Shown one piece after another: positions 1 through 13,877 of a stretch of DNA of 64,000 bases. The notes under the pieces are model-generated. The model saw only the letters and a program-made list of their open reading frames with translations. It was not told the origin of the DNA and did no database searches. The stretch is from positions 32,550,001 to 32,614,000 of the forward strand of contig CM060731.1 of assembly GCA_030704615.1 (NCBI GenBank). Reading direction: 5' to 3'. The stretch's first letter is position 1; each line of letters opens with the position of its first letter. The DNA is from Takakia lepidozioides. Its lineage: Eukaryota; Plantae; Bryophyta. The translations under genes were made by a program, and so were the position numbers.

Positions 1-649
1 TCGCCTACGGCCACATCCTCGGTACATCCATACTGCACGACACAAGCTTGCAGGTCCTATCTACAGGTATTATCCTCTATCTGGACAAACGAAATCTCTG
101 AAGTCCTAGCTGCAGCCCAGGAGTTGCCAAGTGCTACCCTAATCGGAGAACCTTCCAAGTTACGCAAGAAACACTCATGTCCCTTCGAGACTACCGACAG
201 GACAAAATACTCAAAAACAACGTTTGTCCAATGTTTCGGCAACTTCACAGATGCCACGTCATCAAAAGTTGCTGGAACCAGCGGAGCATCATAGCGTTTT
301 CAGACGAATATGTGACAAATGGGTCCACTGGACAAGATATCGCGCTCAATTGTTTGGTTTTTTTTGTCAAGGTTTCTTGTCGGAGTATCGCACACAGCCA
401 TGGAGCCTTGGGGAAGGGATCTCCTTGCAACACTTGCTCTTCAGTTTTCCATGTTCATTATTTTAGAGGCTATGTCGAGTAGACATTCTCTAGCAATCAA
501 CAATCATCTCGAAACTCATTGATCATGCTTCACAGTCGGTATGAGGTAAAGAGCTTTGTGAAAATTGACTTCCAAAGTCGTCGTCATCTTCTTCCGAAAA
601 GTAATCTTCTCGATTCATGCTTCACTTTGCTCTGGCTTCACGACCACAC

Positions 650-3200
650 CTGTTGTAAACCTGTCCCTAATCCCCCTTTCCACAAGGTAGCCAAGTAGAG
701 AACATGTTGTAGCTTATGGCTTAGACGACTAGGTTCATAATATAAACCTGCACCTGCATCCACCGCCAGCACTCCTATGGTCTGATGGTCATCAACCCAG
801 CCTCACCACCGACAACATGCTCTAGGATTGGCCGGTGATCAAATCCGGACCAACCTCCTATAAAAACAAGCGCCTACACAAAATTGACATGACGCACAGT
901 CAAGCATGTAGGTGTGGAAGGGATCCAAACACAAGAAAATCAAAACAATAACTCCCCCGCACCAAAAACACTCCACAGTGTCGCTCCTGCAAGACACCCC
1001 AGCCCAAACCCGGACTGACTCTTGCCTCCACCTACGGAAAGGTTTTGGCCTACAGAGATGGTGGAAGACTACAAGGAAGAGAGACTAAAGCAATTCCTAT
1101 CACAGCATGGTCTCATCCCACTACCCTATCTCCACATTTTTTTGCTTAAGCTTAAGCAATAGACAAGACCTTTCAAGGATCTCTCAAATAACTCTCTAAG
1201 AGCCCTCAAGATGTCCCTCAAACAATCTCACTAAGGCTCCCAAAGCTTGTACCATTGGACTCCAAATAGTCCACCAAAACCCCAAAAGCCTGCCAAATCT
1301 TGGCCCTCAAGGACCCCATCGAAATAATCCTTCAACAAGTCGTCAAAGACTCCTCAAGCTCGCCAAATGTTGGCCTCCAAGGACCCCAAATAGTCTTCCA
1401 AACAGCCCTCCACAGGCTCCAAAGACTTGTCCAAACTTGGCATTCAAGGACCCCAAATAGTCCTCCAAACAATCATCCAAACACCCCTTCAAGAGCTCTT
1501 CAAAATGCCTTACAAAAGCTCATCAGAGTGTAGATGTCCAAAAGCTCCTAAAAGGACCCCAAAGATCCCTCAAACAATCTTCCTAAAGGCCCTTGAAAAT
1601 CCCCTATATTGTCTTTATATGTCACTATGTTCCCAGCCTATAATGACCGTTCCCACATTACGATGATGGTTCCCACACTTTGGTGACCGTTCCTACACTA
1701 CAGTGACGGTTCCCAGACTACGATGACCGTTCCCAGACTTTGATGACCGTTCCTATACTACAGTGACGGTTCCTAGACTACGGTGACCGTTCCCATACTT
1801 TGGTGACTGTTCCCATGAATCTAGGGTTTCATGTGCATCTCATGTTAGGGTTTGTGCTTCCTAGCTTCATGCTTGATCTTCTCAAGCCTTCATGAGTTCC
1901 ATGTGATACCAAGACAAGCTCTTTTAATCTTCTTCACCTCAAGGTGCAACCAAACTTGGTTCCAACTCCTCTAGTAATGCATTTGCCACACAACAAGCTT
2001 CACCTCTCTTTGGAACTCAAGAACAAGTTTTTTACCTCCTTTAGCAAGCCACCAAACCTTGTCTCCTCTCAAGCCTTGGTGATTCAAGCTCCCTTCACTT
2101 GCTAGCTCAGAGCCACTTCTCTCAAGATTGAAAGGGCAAAGTTTAAGCCAAAAACATGTTCCACACATCCACCATCTCATACACAAAAGAATGAACTTGC
2201 TCACTTCACCTTCTAGCTCTCCTCAAGCTTGAAGTTGGAAGCCACACTTGGAAAGCATGTTCTACAGATGCCCTACTTGCTTGGTCAACCACTTGCTTCA
2301 TCAAGAGCAATCCAAGAACTCATAGAACTAGCAAAAGCACTTCCTTCTAGCGCCTTAGCTTCCTTCTTGTCAACCAAATGAAACCTCACTTGGCTTCATT
2401 TCACCATGGATAGAACAACCACTTCTTAGCTTCTCTTGAGCTACTCAATGCTCCTCAAGCTACCCTTGTTGTACTCCTTCTATGGTGTTACCAACCCAAG
2501 CAGGTGCCGCTCTTTAGCTTCTCTTTCACACCATGAACAACTAGAGTTTGCTCTTGAAACCCTAGTGCCTATCTTCTTCATATATAAGATGCTTCTCTTG
2601 TGATGCAAGAGCTTTTTTCCAAGCTCTCAAACCCTTAGTGCACATACAAGCCCTCTCATTTGCAAGACCATGCAAGCTTTGTGATGTAAGAGAGTTATCC
2701 TTGAGTGCTCTACCTCTATAGAACAAAGTTATGCTTCTCAAACCCTAACATCCATGTTCTTCACGCCACAAGGATTTTCCTTTGCAACACCTTGCAACAC
2801 AAGAGCTCTCTACCACGCTCTCTTCAACAAGCTCTCAAGCTCTTCAACACACAAGTGCTAAACTAACCCTTACACTCTGCACTCACAAGCATAATGAGAT
2901 CTTCTTGTAGTGATAATGGAAGTGAACATAATGGAATCCCTCCACTCATGAATCCACTCAATCACATAAACTAAGTCAAGCCAAGGGCATCGTTGCTAAG
3001 GGAATCCACCCTACAAAGCACTCATCATACTCCCTCTCAATACCTAGAGCTATGGAGGTGAGAGAGGCTCATGGAGGCTCAACTACAAGAAGATGAGCCC
3101 TTCTCAACCCTTATAAGGGTTTCACCCATCCCCATGTCCCAAGTGAGGTTTGACACCTCACTTGGCATGTGAGACCAAATGAAGTCCCAACACGCAAAAT
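650..3200. mobile_element. Probable long LTR or non-coding part of an LTR retrotransposon, degenerate
   Basis: ORF-poor, low-complexity sequence rich in CAAG/CTT, with degenerate ~65-70 bp repeats (ggccYtcaaggacccca..., ~1290-1470) and a 20-bp tandem array. A decayed acidic ORF start (MNREDYFSEEDDDDF) reads leftward from ~619. No clean TG..CA termini or PBS were found. Confidence 0.35.
1621..1817. repeat. 20-bp tandem repeat, ~10 units, with 60-bp higher-order structure
   Basis: Units of the type YGRTGACCGTTCCCAVACTW at an exact 20-bp period. 1681-1740 and 1741-1800 are near-copies of each other. Confidence 0.9.
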
Positions 3201-5345
3201 ATATATATAAATATCTAAAATGTCATAGTTAACTAGAAGTAGGTAATTCTAGTTAACCATAACTAAAACCATGACAAAGAAAAAAACAATATGTGAGAAT
3301 TGTTAATTAGGAGCGTAATTACAAAATATAAGCATTTATTGCGCGTGCGCTATAATCTGTAGGGTGGATACGCCCATTCATGTGGAGATAAACATTGTTG
3401 TCAAAAGACAAAGACTTTTCACATGCAGCACTAGAAGGATATTCTCTTTTACGACTCTGTTTACGACTCATTTTGAGTCATAAACGACTCTCCGACTCTA
3501 ACTTAAAAGACTAGTTACTATAGACAACATAATATTTACTGGTTCTACATTATTGAAAGAGAACCACGTGTCGCTTTCTTACGGCCTGCGTGAGTCTTTG
3601 ATTTTGATTTTTGGAGCATTTAATTATATGATCGGAGGAGTTGTTTTCTCATGTAAGATTTAATACATGCAAGTTGGAAAATCAACTAGACTTTAACCTC
3701 TATATAACTTCTAATAGAAAAAAAATCAGTGGATTTTAGTGCTCATAAGGGGACATGTACTCATCAAGCGAACTTGTAAGTGGTTTCAGCTTCTTGTATT
3801 TTACTACGTGAATCACTCAAAGTGCTTACATTAACTTTAGGAACCGTGCTTAAACTTGTTGAAGTTCAAGTTGCTTATGCAACAGTTAGAAGTTTAAAGC
3901 ATTGATGCAATGCTCTAAAGAAAAGTGCTAGAAACTACAACTAACAAGCATTGAAATTAAATTATGCTAAACATACCAACTCATTCACAACACTCCATGT
4001 AAAATAATGTCAATTGGACTACAAGAGAACTGATAATGTCAGTGGAATTGAGAAAGCAATGAAGATGGAATACATCCCACCAACTCCATGCACATAAAAG
4101 AAACGATTCAGAAAATCCATCCGACCGTTTGAGCTTTTGCAAAATGTCACAAAAAGGCTTTACATCATCCAATGCTCGGAATTCACCATGGAAAATGATA
4201 GCTCTGAAGTGACATGGCAAATAACACACGTGGTGGGTAGACACCTCATGAGCACTCTCAAAGCTTCAATACCATACGGGTACTATCCCATCCAAAGGTA
4301 CGATAGCCAGCATTTGATGGGAAGTGATGATTTTTTGCACGCTTCACCCTAAGATAAAAAATGTGTTATTAGCTTACTTAACAATGTTCACTAATGGCTT
4401 TTCTATCTGTAGTCACAGACATACATTAAAGAAACTTTATCCTTTATATGTAGTCATACAATCATTGACTCACTAGAAACTAACAAAACTTGAGCAAGGT
4501 GATCGGTGATGAATTTATTTTCTCATGTGTATCATCTCATACAAGAAAGCAGAGAAACATCCAAACAAGGTAGGAATTTAAGTTACTATATCAAATGTTT
4601 ATTGTTGTTGTTTAAATAAACCACCATATGTGCTAGTGGTGGTGGCATGTGCCTCAAGGAAACAATCAATAGTCTGATGTTGCATGGCAATGTTTCGTAG
4701 AAGATCGTCATTTTTGAACTTTGAAAACCAAATACATTGAGCGGCATTTTCCCTTTGCAATAAGTTCTTGACATCCTACACACCCAACTTTTATGTCAGC
4801 TTGGAGCTCTTGAAGAAAATTGTTGCTACTAAAAACAATCAGATAACTTTTTGAAGTAATAGGATAGAAAGCATACAGATCAGAAGATCAGGGGATCGGA
4901 CCGATGGGGAGCTCCGCAACTTGCGGTCTCTGTGGCTTGGACTTAGCCATTTCAAGCTCTCCTCACAGCTCCCTTCTCTCGTTCTTCCTCCTCAGGCGTC
5001 CCCTCCTTCGTTCGTTCACAAGGAGATATCTCTTCTCTATGCTCGACGAATCTCTTTCCCTCCCTTTCTTACATCAACATGAATTCTGAACAGCCTTGGT
5101 CGGCTCTTTGGACTTGGTGTCTAGACAGCTCAGTGAGCGATGTTACTTCTCTGGGAACGCCCCACCATTTTCCCGACGCTCTTCATTCCCCACGCTCCGC
5201 CTTAATTCCAACAGTATCTCTACGTCGTTTGCTCTAGTCCCCTTCTCTTTGGTCTTCTTATTTTCAAAGTGCGACCCCCTAGTCGGTTCCTCAAGGTCTA
5301 ACGAGGCATCCCTTGTTAATCTCCCCAAGTTTCGCTCTCGTTGCC

Positions 5346-7217
5346 ATGGCGTACGTCCCTGCTGCATTCGGTGCCAACAATCATAGGGGGGAAGCTCACC
5401 GACACTCTAGAGCTAGAAAAAACGCTAATGGCAGAAGGCCCTCTTCCACTGGTCCTGGAGTGCTGGGAGCTGGCCCCAGGCGACCAGCCTCCCCGATCAG
5501 TTCTTCCTATTGTTGGAGCAAAGAAGTGGCCCCAGTGGAAGAGGCTCAACCCATTCTCCAACTCAACATGGAGATTATCATGGAACATTCCCAGCTGCTT
5601 GCTGAGCAAGGTGTTCTCTTATACTTCCCCGACAGGGTCCGCAACAGATTGTTCGCCAGGAACTGGGCCACGGAACATTTTGGCCTTGAAGCGGGTCTAA
5701 CTAATCATTTCTGTATGGCGTTGGGGAGAAACTTCTACTTGCTCATGTTCAGCTCTCCCGAGTTTGTTGTCAGGGCTCTAGCCTTCAACATTAGCCTCTC
5801 CAAGTGTCGTGTGCACATCTTCCCATGGTCAGCCGACTGGGGACATAGAGGTGGTATCACATGCAAACCTAGAGTCTTGGCTCTCCCTTACCTCCCTGGA
5901 AACTACCTCAGATCTCTGCCTGAGATAGATGCTCATTTTGGGGTGTATATTGGCTCAATGAATGTTATTGATCAGATTCATCTTGACGCTCAAAGTATTG
6001 ACAATGAAGTGTTATCCTTTGATGCCCAAAGAGACGGAGGAGCTCCCCAAATTGTGGTCATGATGCCAGTGGAGGCCTCCATCATCCCCACACTCAAATT
6101 ATCGACTTTGGACAACTCCTTTGTCACAGTGGTAGTCAAAGAGGTCTATATTCCGGTGATTTGCTTTCATTGCAATGTAGAGGGGCACATTAAGGCGGAT
6201 TGCCCCAAGCTTCTAGGCAGACCGATGGCTCCCAAGCCTTCAGACGATGCACAGTTGGCTTCCCAAGATGCTATGACAGGGCCTTCTAGGAAAAGATTTG
6301 ATGTCACGCCACCTCTGCCTCCTCCGTCCAAAAGATCGCGGCCTGATATCGTGGCTTCTCCGGCTGCAATCAGCCCTCGAGTTTACCTGCTCTCTTCACC
6401 GTCCCAGGGAACTCCTTATATAGCTGAAGAAATACTGGTTGTCTTTCCGCTCAACCCCAAGGACGGGACTCAAAGCTTGGCAACGTACTGCCTTCATTTG
6501 AAGTCATTTGCAGATGTGCATCTGCCTGATGCTTCTCAGCTGGCAAGGGCTCATTCGGTGGCAATCACTATAGCCCCCATTATCTACGGCTTCCCGGACG
6601 GGATCCCCTCGATGCTCTTCTCGGGAGGCAACAAGTTCGCCTCTGCCTGGATCACCAAGAAGGACGTTTTCACCCTTTCTCAAGGAAAAGAGCTGGAGCT
6701 CATTCTTGCCAAAATAAGGGAGATTTTCTCGTCTTCTCTTCCCACTTTTCAGTTGTCTTCGGAAACTGTTGTGTTTTTTGGCTCCAGAGTGCATCAATCT
6801 GCCTCTAACAGCAATCTATTCTTCGTTCAAGTTTTGCCAGTCATCAAGCTATCTGACGTTTCTTCCCTACAGGCTGCCGACTCAACGCTAAGGTGGAATT
6901 CTGGTAGTTCGGTCCCAGTCGAATTGGGAAGCGCGGCCAGCCGCCCCTACTTATCTGCAACTTACGAAGCTAGAAAGCTCTTGGTAGAGGGCTTGTGCTC
7001 CTCACAGAAATATTCGCGCAACTTGGATAACAATGCTGGCTCCAACGATTTGGCCATAGTCCCAGTCCTCGATTCGGACAATTCTTCATTCTGTTTGGCG
7101 CCCCTGGATCTGGCCATGCCCTATCAAATCCTCCCCACCCCCTCTTACCTCGGTTTCACTATTAAATACTTAAGAATCCAAGAGGGTTTCATGTTGTGGT
7201 GGGTAGTGCAATGGTAA
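5346..7217 (+). mobile_element. LINE (L1-like) ORF1 with zinc knuckle; no ORF2 follows
   Basis: Open ORF from ATG 5346 with a DUF4283-like segment (LGRNFYLLMFSSPE...HIFPW) and a CX2CX4HX4C knuckle (CFHCNVEGHIKADC). No endonuclease or RT is seen downstream. Confidence 0.7.
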
Positions 7218-7277
7218 GGAGGTAGCATTGCAGATGGTGAGGTTTTGGGTTTGACTCTTGATGGGAGGCTCTTGTAG

Positions 7278-7460
7278 TATAACCCGGGTATTAGTGTAAC
7301 CCTCTGTAACCCTCTGTAACCCTCATGTAACTATGGTTAATTCATTTATACTTAGCCAAAACTCGAGACCAAGTGTGAGTTACACGGAATTCCATCCAGT
7401 GTAACCCTGAGTGGAGTTACACACCTCGTCGTGTAACCCAATGTAACCCCAAGTGAAGTG
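7278..7460. repeat. Cluster of GTAACCC/GTTACAC motifs, possibly DNA-transposon subterminal repeats
   Basis: About eight copies of (T)GTAAC(CC) in both orientations within 180 bp, upstream of RPL35. Confidence 0.5.
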
Positions 7461-7903
7461 GAGTTTATACTCCTTCAGTACCATGTCACTCTCAAGAGAG
7501 GGTAGGGAAGATTTGACATGCCGGAAACCGGCGTACCATCCTGTCAGAGGTTGCATGTGTGTATTAAGTTCTTACATTATTCCTGTTATCTTCCAATTTC
7601 AAGATACAAAAGAAATTTTCTAAAAATTGTTTAAAAAAGCCCTTCGTAGTGGCTCGGTTTTTCAAGCCTTCACCACTCAGGCGGTACAAACTTCTTAGAT
7701 GTAAAGTGTGGAGTGGTGTGGGAACCCCCACAGACATGGGCTCAATTCTAGTGGGCCGAAAGAGACTCCAACGCAAATGATACATTTTTCTTGTGTGGGT
7801 TTGGGCAGGTAACGTTGCCGAACGTGTGGAGGGCAAGCAGCTCAGACACGGCGGGGTTCGAAGCTCCCATACCAGATCAACCACACTCCTCCACACACCA
7901 GCC

Positions 7904-9196
7904 ATGGCCATGGTGACGGCAACAGCGATGCTGCAGCCTTGCACGCTGTCGCGACCCGTTGCTGCATTCAGGTCATCCTTCAAGGGTATTGCTCTGCACA
8001 ACGCCAGCCTTGCTTTTTCGCGCTTGTCTCTCAAGTCACAGCCTGTGCTGCAGGCCCCTGCTAAGCTTCCTGTGCAGCCCGTGGCTCATACGGGGTACAA
8101 GTTGAAGTCTCATAAGGTGCGTGTAAGAGTACCTCCCGTCGCTACCTGTTCATTCGCTCCATTTTCTCATTTTCTCAACTGAAGTAATGTCTTCCCTCTT
8201 CCTCACACGCAATTCCTCCATCGAGGTTTTCTGATATGGAGTTCAGGGAAAGGCTATGAGTGGCTTTCTTCTCTTGGATGTTACGCAGCTAAGTTGCGAA
8301 CCCCTCGGTTCCAATGTCAGATGGGGCTTTGTCATGGGCGTACGACTTTGTATTGTATTGTCTTGTTGTTTATTGCGAGCTATGATGCGCATTTTGTTGT
8401 CAACATGCTTGCCTGTTCTGCATTGATACCCTTATCACATTTGGGTGGTCTTTTGCCTTCCACTTCCGTGTTATTCTAGTGAGGTAGCGCTTCGGGATTG
8501 CCTCACAACTCCCTTTTCAGATAAGGTTACATTTTAAAAGAAGCAAAAGTCATTGAAGCAGGAGTCCATCTACGGAACCCAGTGCCCATGAAGTCAAGGT
8601 GGCCGCCATTATTTGAGTGTGACCTCACTTGGAAATTTGATCAATGGCTGGGGTGGCTACGAATTCGATTCGGTTGTTAGTAAGATTTACTCGGGGGGAG
8701 ACTACTTGGCAGAGGTGCTGACAGATTATATGGCTGCAAACAAGTTGCACTAAAGAGAGAGGGATATGGGGCTGCAGGCATCAGCAAAGCGATTTTCTGT
8801 CACAGGTAGTGGTCGGATTATGCGCAGACAGGCATACAAGCAACATCTACTACGAAAGAAGAACACCAAACGGAGGAATCGTCTTACGGGCAAGGTATAT
8901 TTCCCTTAGCTTGCCTCTCTTTTCTTCTGTCTCCAAAAAGGAACTATTGCATTCTATCAAATCTTTGTATTAGTGTGATGAAAGTAATTCACAGGGTGGT
9001 TGGGCTTCTCCCTCTCTGCTTGCTACTGCCTGTGTTTACTAGATGTCAGGTAGCTGCTGCAATTCTGACCATAGCATGCGACACACTAGATTCTATGATT
9101 TTATGAACAAGTGGGCTGGCTTTGCAGGTAGGGGTAGACCTATGTGACTATGCCAATGTGATAGGAGCTCTGCCCTACTTGAAGGTGTCGCGCTAG
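7904..9196 (+). CDS. RPL35: Plastid 50S ribosomal protein L35 precursor, 3 exons, ~132 aa
   Basis: Exons 7904-8116, 8778-8894 and 9128-9196 with GT-AG introns. They give a transit peptide followed by GYKLKSHK|ASAKRFSVTGSGRIMRRQAYKQHLLRKKNTKRRNRLTGK|VGVDLCDYANVIGALPYLKVSR*, the bL35 signature with the plant C-terminus. Confidence 0.95.
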
Positions 9197-12169
9197 CGCT
9201 AAACCTCTACCCCAAGAGACCTTGGGGTTGCTTGATTGGTGGTGCTTGCTTCTAGAAGTACTGCAGGTTACCAGATTATCTTGGAAAGCAGTTTTGGTCA
9301 CATCCTACTCTGTTCCAGGTTTGTCCTTGCCTTGTCTTTGGAGCCTACCCACACAGTGTGTCCTACATTTCAAAGGAGATTTGTTTGAAAGTTGGAGTTG
9401 GCTGCCTTCAATGAAAGCCAGGTTTGGCTGGGGAAGGATGATGTTTGTTAGAGGGTAGACCTATAATTTACATTTTTCTGTTATTTTAAGTAGTATAGAG
9501 ACAAATTGTTGATTGTGTAGTTCTTATACCTTGGATGTCAGACTAGAAGTGCCAAATGTTCCAAGGGCCAATTTACCCCATGGCCCATGGTTGAGAATCC
9601 AGAAGAGGAATTTTTGTTTCTTTCTTGTTTTTCAATTTATTTCTGTCCAAAATCCTCGAAAACCCAATAGCGTTTGCTCTGTAAAATGCCCAGCGATCAA
9701 GTGGAAACCCAAGTTCTCTTAGTTTTGTATGTGAGTTGCCACTGTATCAGGCATCACCATGTTAGGCTGCTGCATGTAGCCATCTGCTGTCTCAGGGAAA
9801 ATTGGGAAACCAGTGCTATGGGACATCCTAGCTTTGTGCCCTCATTTTCCCCTGACTCGGCTGCCAGCAAGGCTTTGGTATTCTTTTCAGAGCCTTAATG
9901 TAAAGTCTCCAAGGTCATTTGTCAAACTGTGGCGAGTCACTTCATTGCCATTGCAGTCTGGGTTCCCAATTGGGCTGTAGCCTGAAGTGGCCTTGCCTCA
10001 TGAAGAATTGCGGCTTGTGGCACAAGCATTTGACACTGGACTGTATAGTGGGGCATCGTTTTGTTGACTGAAAGTACTGTTGCAACTAAAACCAGGTGAT
10101 CGAAGTAATGAGGGCTATAAATTAGATTGTTTTTGAACAATTTTTCAAACTTCAGGGAGTTCCAATCAGTTAGTGTTACTCTTGCATACAAGATGTTCAT
10201 GTGGTGAATGTGATTTCCATGAACTGACAGCTGTGGCACTCAAAAGAGAGGTGTGATTATGCAGCTTTAATGCCTTGAAAAATCATGAAGGACCAACAGA
10301 TAGTTGAGCATAATGTCAGTCTTCATATTTTCATAGTTTAACTTTGTGCCACCTGAAGGTGGTAAGAAATTGTGTTTCCAATTCGGTCAGTAATGTTCTG
10401 AGCGGTTTATTCACTGCTACATTACTTTCTTAAGCATGGCATTGTTCTTGAAGTTAGTTAGTTACAAACTAGGCAACCTCTCCAAGGTTGAAAAGGGTCG
10501 CCGAGCACCTCCTTCATTTGAGTAGGTTGGAAATCATTTGCTGATGAACGATGCAGTTCCTCATTTCGCTAAATGGATGTCCATGTCTTGAAGGGCTAAT
10601 GCTGCAATTGAAAGTTATAGTGCAGTAGAACCCGGCATTTAGTGTAAATCTGACCAAAAACCCTAAATCTGACTTGTATTGATGAAGTCCTTGCTCTCCT
10701 GATAAGCAACAATTGAAACCTTCAAGGTTGCATGCATTTGTAGAACAACTAGCAGCTCTTGAGAAGATACATGTCGCATCATTCACAAGGTTCCTGCTCC
10801 ATTCAAATGGTCATCAGGAATTCTGAGCCCCCACCTTCCTACACTAGGACTTTGCACATCATCGACTATATGAACCCTGTCTAGGTGAAGATCAGTGCTG
10901 CAGTTGTCGCACGGTGACGAGCTTTTACGCTGTGGGTGTCACAATCGGAGAATTTTCTATCCGGAGGAAGTCGACACATGCACAGAGAGAGTTAGGTTGT
11001 ACAGATGGAAGCTACGAGTACGTGCTTCCACCAAACCAAAAAAGTGGGGAGTGCAAAATGCATGCCTGAAATGGCAATTCGGATGCAAAGTATAGCGAGT
11101 TTTCGGATGATACGGAGAGCTGCGCGTGATCGTTGGCGTCCGGGACTAAGTAACTTAGTTCCTGAGAAAACTGAGAATGAAGGAGAGAAGGTGGTTTGGT
11201 GGAAGGATCAGAGATGATAGGAGCTGAATTGCGAGAAATTTCTCTCGCACCGATCCTGCATGCAACAGCCTGCGCGCCGTCAAGGGAGAGTCGGCGGCCG
11301 TCATACAGTTATGAGAGCCGGCATTGAATGTCCTGAACCTCCATGACCTGTGGCCACGGGAGGTTGTGTTGTGAGTGCGGCCGTCGGTCGGCTGTCACAG
11401 CATGGCCTGCGCCTTGCTGTGGGCATCCTAACGGGCGTACTTAGTGACTGCTGCAGAATTGGGTCCACCACATTTGCACTCGTCTAGTACCTATCCCCTG
11501 GGAATGTTTCCTTACTAGAAATACACCAGGAGGACCCACAATGCCTGACAGCAATCCCGCCTCCCTTTTCAATCTACATAACTGTCTCGACTCCACAAAG
11601 TCGAGCAATTGCTAGCTAGGCCTGCTGGGCTGTCATGGCATCAAGTGTGGGGAGACATTAAAGGCGTGGAGTAGGTAAATGTTTGCTGGAGCGCAGAGGC
11701 AGAGACATAAGGTGAGGAGAAACAAATGGGGTGGGGAGCTGATCACATGCAGTGGGTTCCTGTGAGACACGCATCCCAGCGTGTCGGTAAAAAAATTGCC
11801 ACTTGAGGCATTATAATCCCGCCATCCTCGTATTGTATTGATGGTAAATGAAAAAGTTATGATAGGCGGAAGAACGAAAAATGAGTAGCTAAAGACAGAG
11901 GAGTGAAATAATTAGGAATTGAAGGCAGCCCATGTCGGCGTTGTGGACAGCTTTGGAAGTTGGAAGTGTCTCTCTCCCCACACTTGAGGCCGATCTCAGC
12001 GTTGTGTCAGAAAATCCTGCAGCATCTATCATTTAATGAGGAGCAACCTCGCTAGCAAGCGGAAGGAATGGATGGAGGGACGCACCTGGAGTCATTTTGG
12101 TACGACCTGACAGAAGAGTAGAGTAGAAGGGGACAGTGTGAGCAGGCATTGGTGGGCAGTACAGGAATC

Positions 12170-13877
12170 ATGTCTAAAGAAGTAAGTGTTCGCAGTTTCA
12201 AGGCGGAGAGAGACTTGTTGCAAGTGGAAGCTCTGGAGCAGCGATGTGAAGCAGGGATAGCAGGATCTAGCTCCATCTCCCTCTTTGCAGACTTGTTGGG
12301 TGATCCACTCTGTCGAGTACGGCATCTTCCTGCCTTCTCCATGCTGGTATCGTCTCTCTCTCGCACAAACACACATTACTGTCGTCATGCAGCTCTTGTC
12401 ACGGCTGGAGCATTTGTTTGTCAGGAGTCTTGGAAGACTTGGCCCCATTCAACCAGTTCAAGTACAGCAGGATTTGTGAAGTCTCAACGTCTTCCAATGG
12501 ACTGTCGTTTTGCAGACTCTTTGTAGTCGCTGTCTCTTACTGCCCCATGAATGCATGGTATCAGTACTCATTTAGCTGGCAACTGAAGCTTATTGCCTGG
12601 GACTATGGATGAGCAGGTGGCCGAGGTGGAGGGTGAGATTGTTGGGGTGATCAGAGGAGGCGTCAAGGATGTAGTGTATAGACAAAGTTCCTCGGTGAAT
12701 GGGAAGAGCTCGAAACAGCTGCCTTCATACGCCCGTGTTGGCTACCTACTTGGCCTTCGAGTTTGTCCTTCACGCAGGTACCTTCATCCGACAGTGGCAA
12801 TGCATTATGTGAGGCCTAGCATTTCCCCTTGCACGATGTAAACTCACAGTTATAGCAGATGCGATTCTTCCTCTTTCTCCATTCTGGTAATGCTGGTGTG
12901 CAGAAAGAAGTCCAAGAGTGTGAACTCACGGTTTGTTGTCTCTTTATATACATTCCAGGAGGATGGGAGTCGGGTCGAGGTTGGTAGAACGAATGGAACA
13001 ATGGTGCAAAGACGAAAACGCCGAGTTTGTTTACATGGCCACAGAGGAGGACAACGTGGCATCTGTGAAGCTTTTCACTAAGCGCTTGAAGTACATGATA
13101 TTTCGAACGCCAGTCTTACTTGTGCACCCGGTTTTCATGCATTCACGGTCCATCCCTGCTGGAATTCAGCTTACCAAACTGAGTGTGGACCGGTCTATCT
13201 CGTTGTACCGAGCTACCATGGGTACGCGCGAATTCTTTCCAAAAGACATCGATTTGGTGCTGGGTAATAAGCTTTGTGCAGGCACCTGGGTGGCCACTTT
13301 TGGTGATGAACAATACAATGCACTGAGCAGTCTAGGTTCTGAGGAGCGCGGTAGTATGACAATGCAAGGTGGGTGGGCTCACGGAGCATCTTGGGCGATG
13401 CTGAGTGTGTGGAAAAGCAACGAGCTGTTCAAGCTTCAAGTGGCGGGAGTTTCACTAGCATGTCAGGCATGGGCAGCACTGTCTCGATGGGTGGATTGGG
13501 CACTTCCATGGTGCCGGGTGTCCTCCATTCCCAACATCTTCACCTCCTTTGGAATGCAGTTCATGTTTGGGTTACACTGTGAGGGTGAGAGGGGCCCTGA
13601 GCTGCTGACAGCCTTGTGCTGGCATGCTCACAACGTTGCCCGCAAGCATGGCTGTCAAGCAATTATGGCCGAGGTGTCACCTTCTGACCCTGCTCTTGCG
13701 TGCATTCCCCACTGGAAGAAGTTATCAGGCACCGGCGACCGATGGTGCATCAAATGCATTGCGACGAAGAACGCTGTATCACTCCCTTCACTTGACCTGC
13801 AGACGTCTCCGGAACCATTCGACTGGTGCAAGTCTCCTCAGACTGCACCTATATTTGTGGATCCCAGGGAGGTGTAG
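12170..13877 (+). CDS. HOOKLESS1-like GNAT N-acetyltransferase, 3 exons
   Basis: Exons 12170-12346, 12617-12777 and 12959-13877. Motifs DLLGDPLCRVRH, VAE..EIVGVIRG, GYLLGLRV, YMATEEDNVASVKLF, IPHWKKLS and C-terminal IFVDPREV* are typical of the HLS1 family. Confidence 0.92.

Noticed and set aside
1621-1817. CRISPR-like regular repeat
   Set aside because: Contiguous units with no unique spacers, eukaryotic context and no cas genes.
3430-4850. Decayed DNA transposon (CGACTC repeats, broken ORFs)
   Set aside because: No TIR, TSD or identifiable transposase motif; too weak to call.
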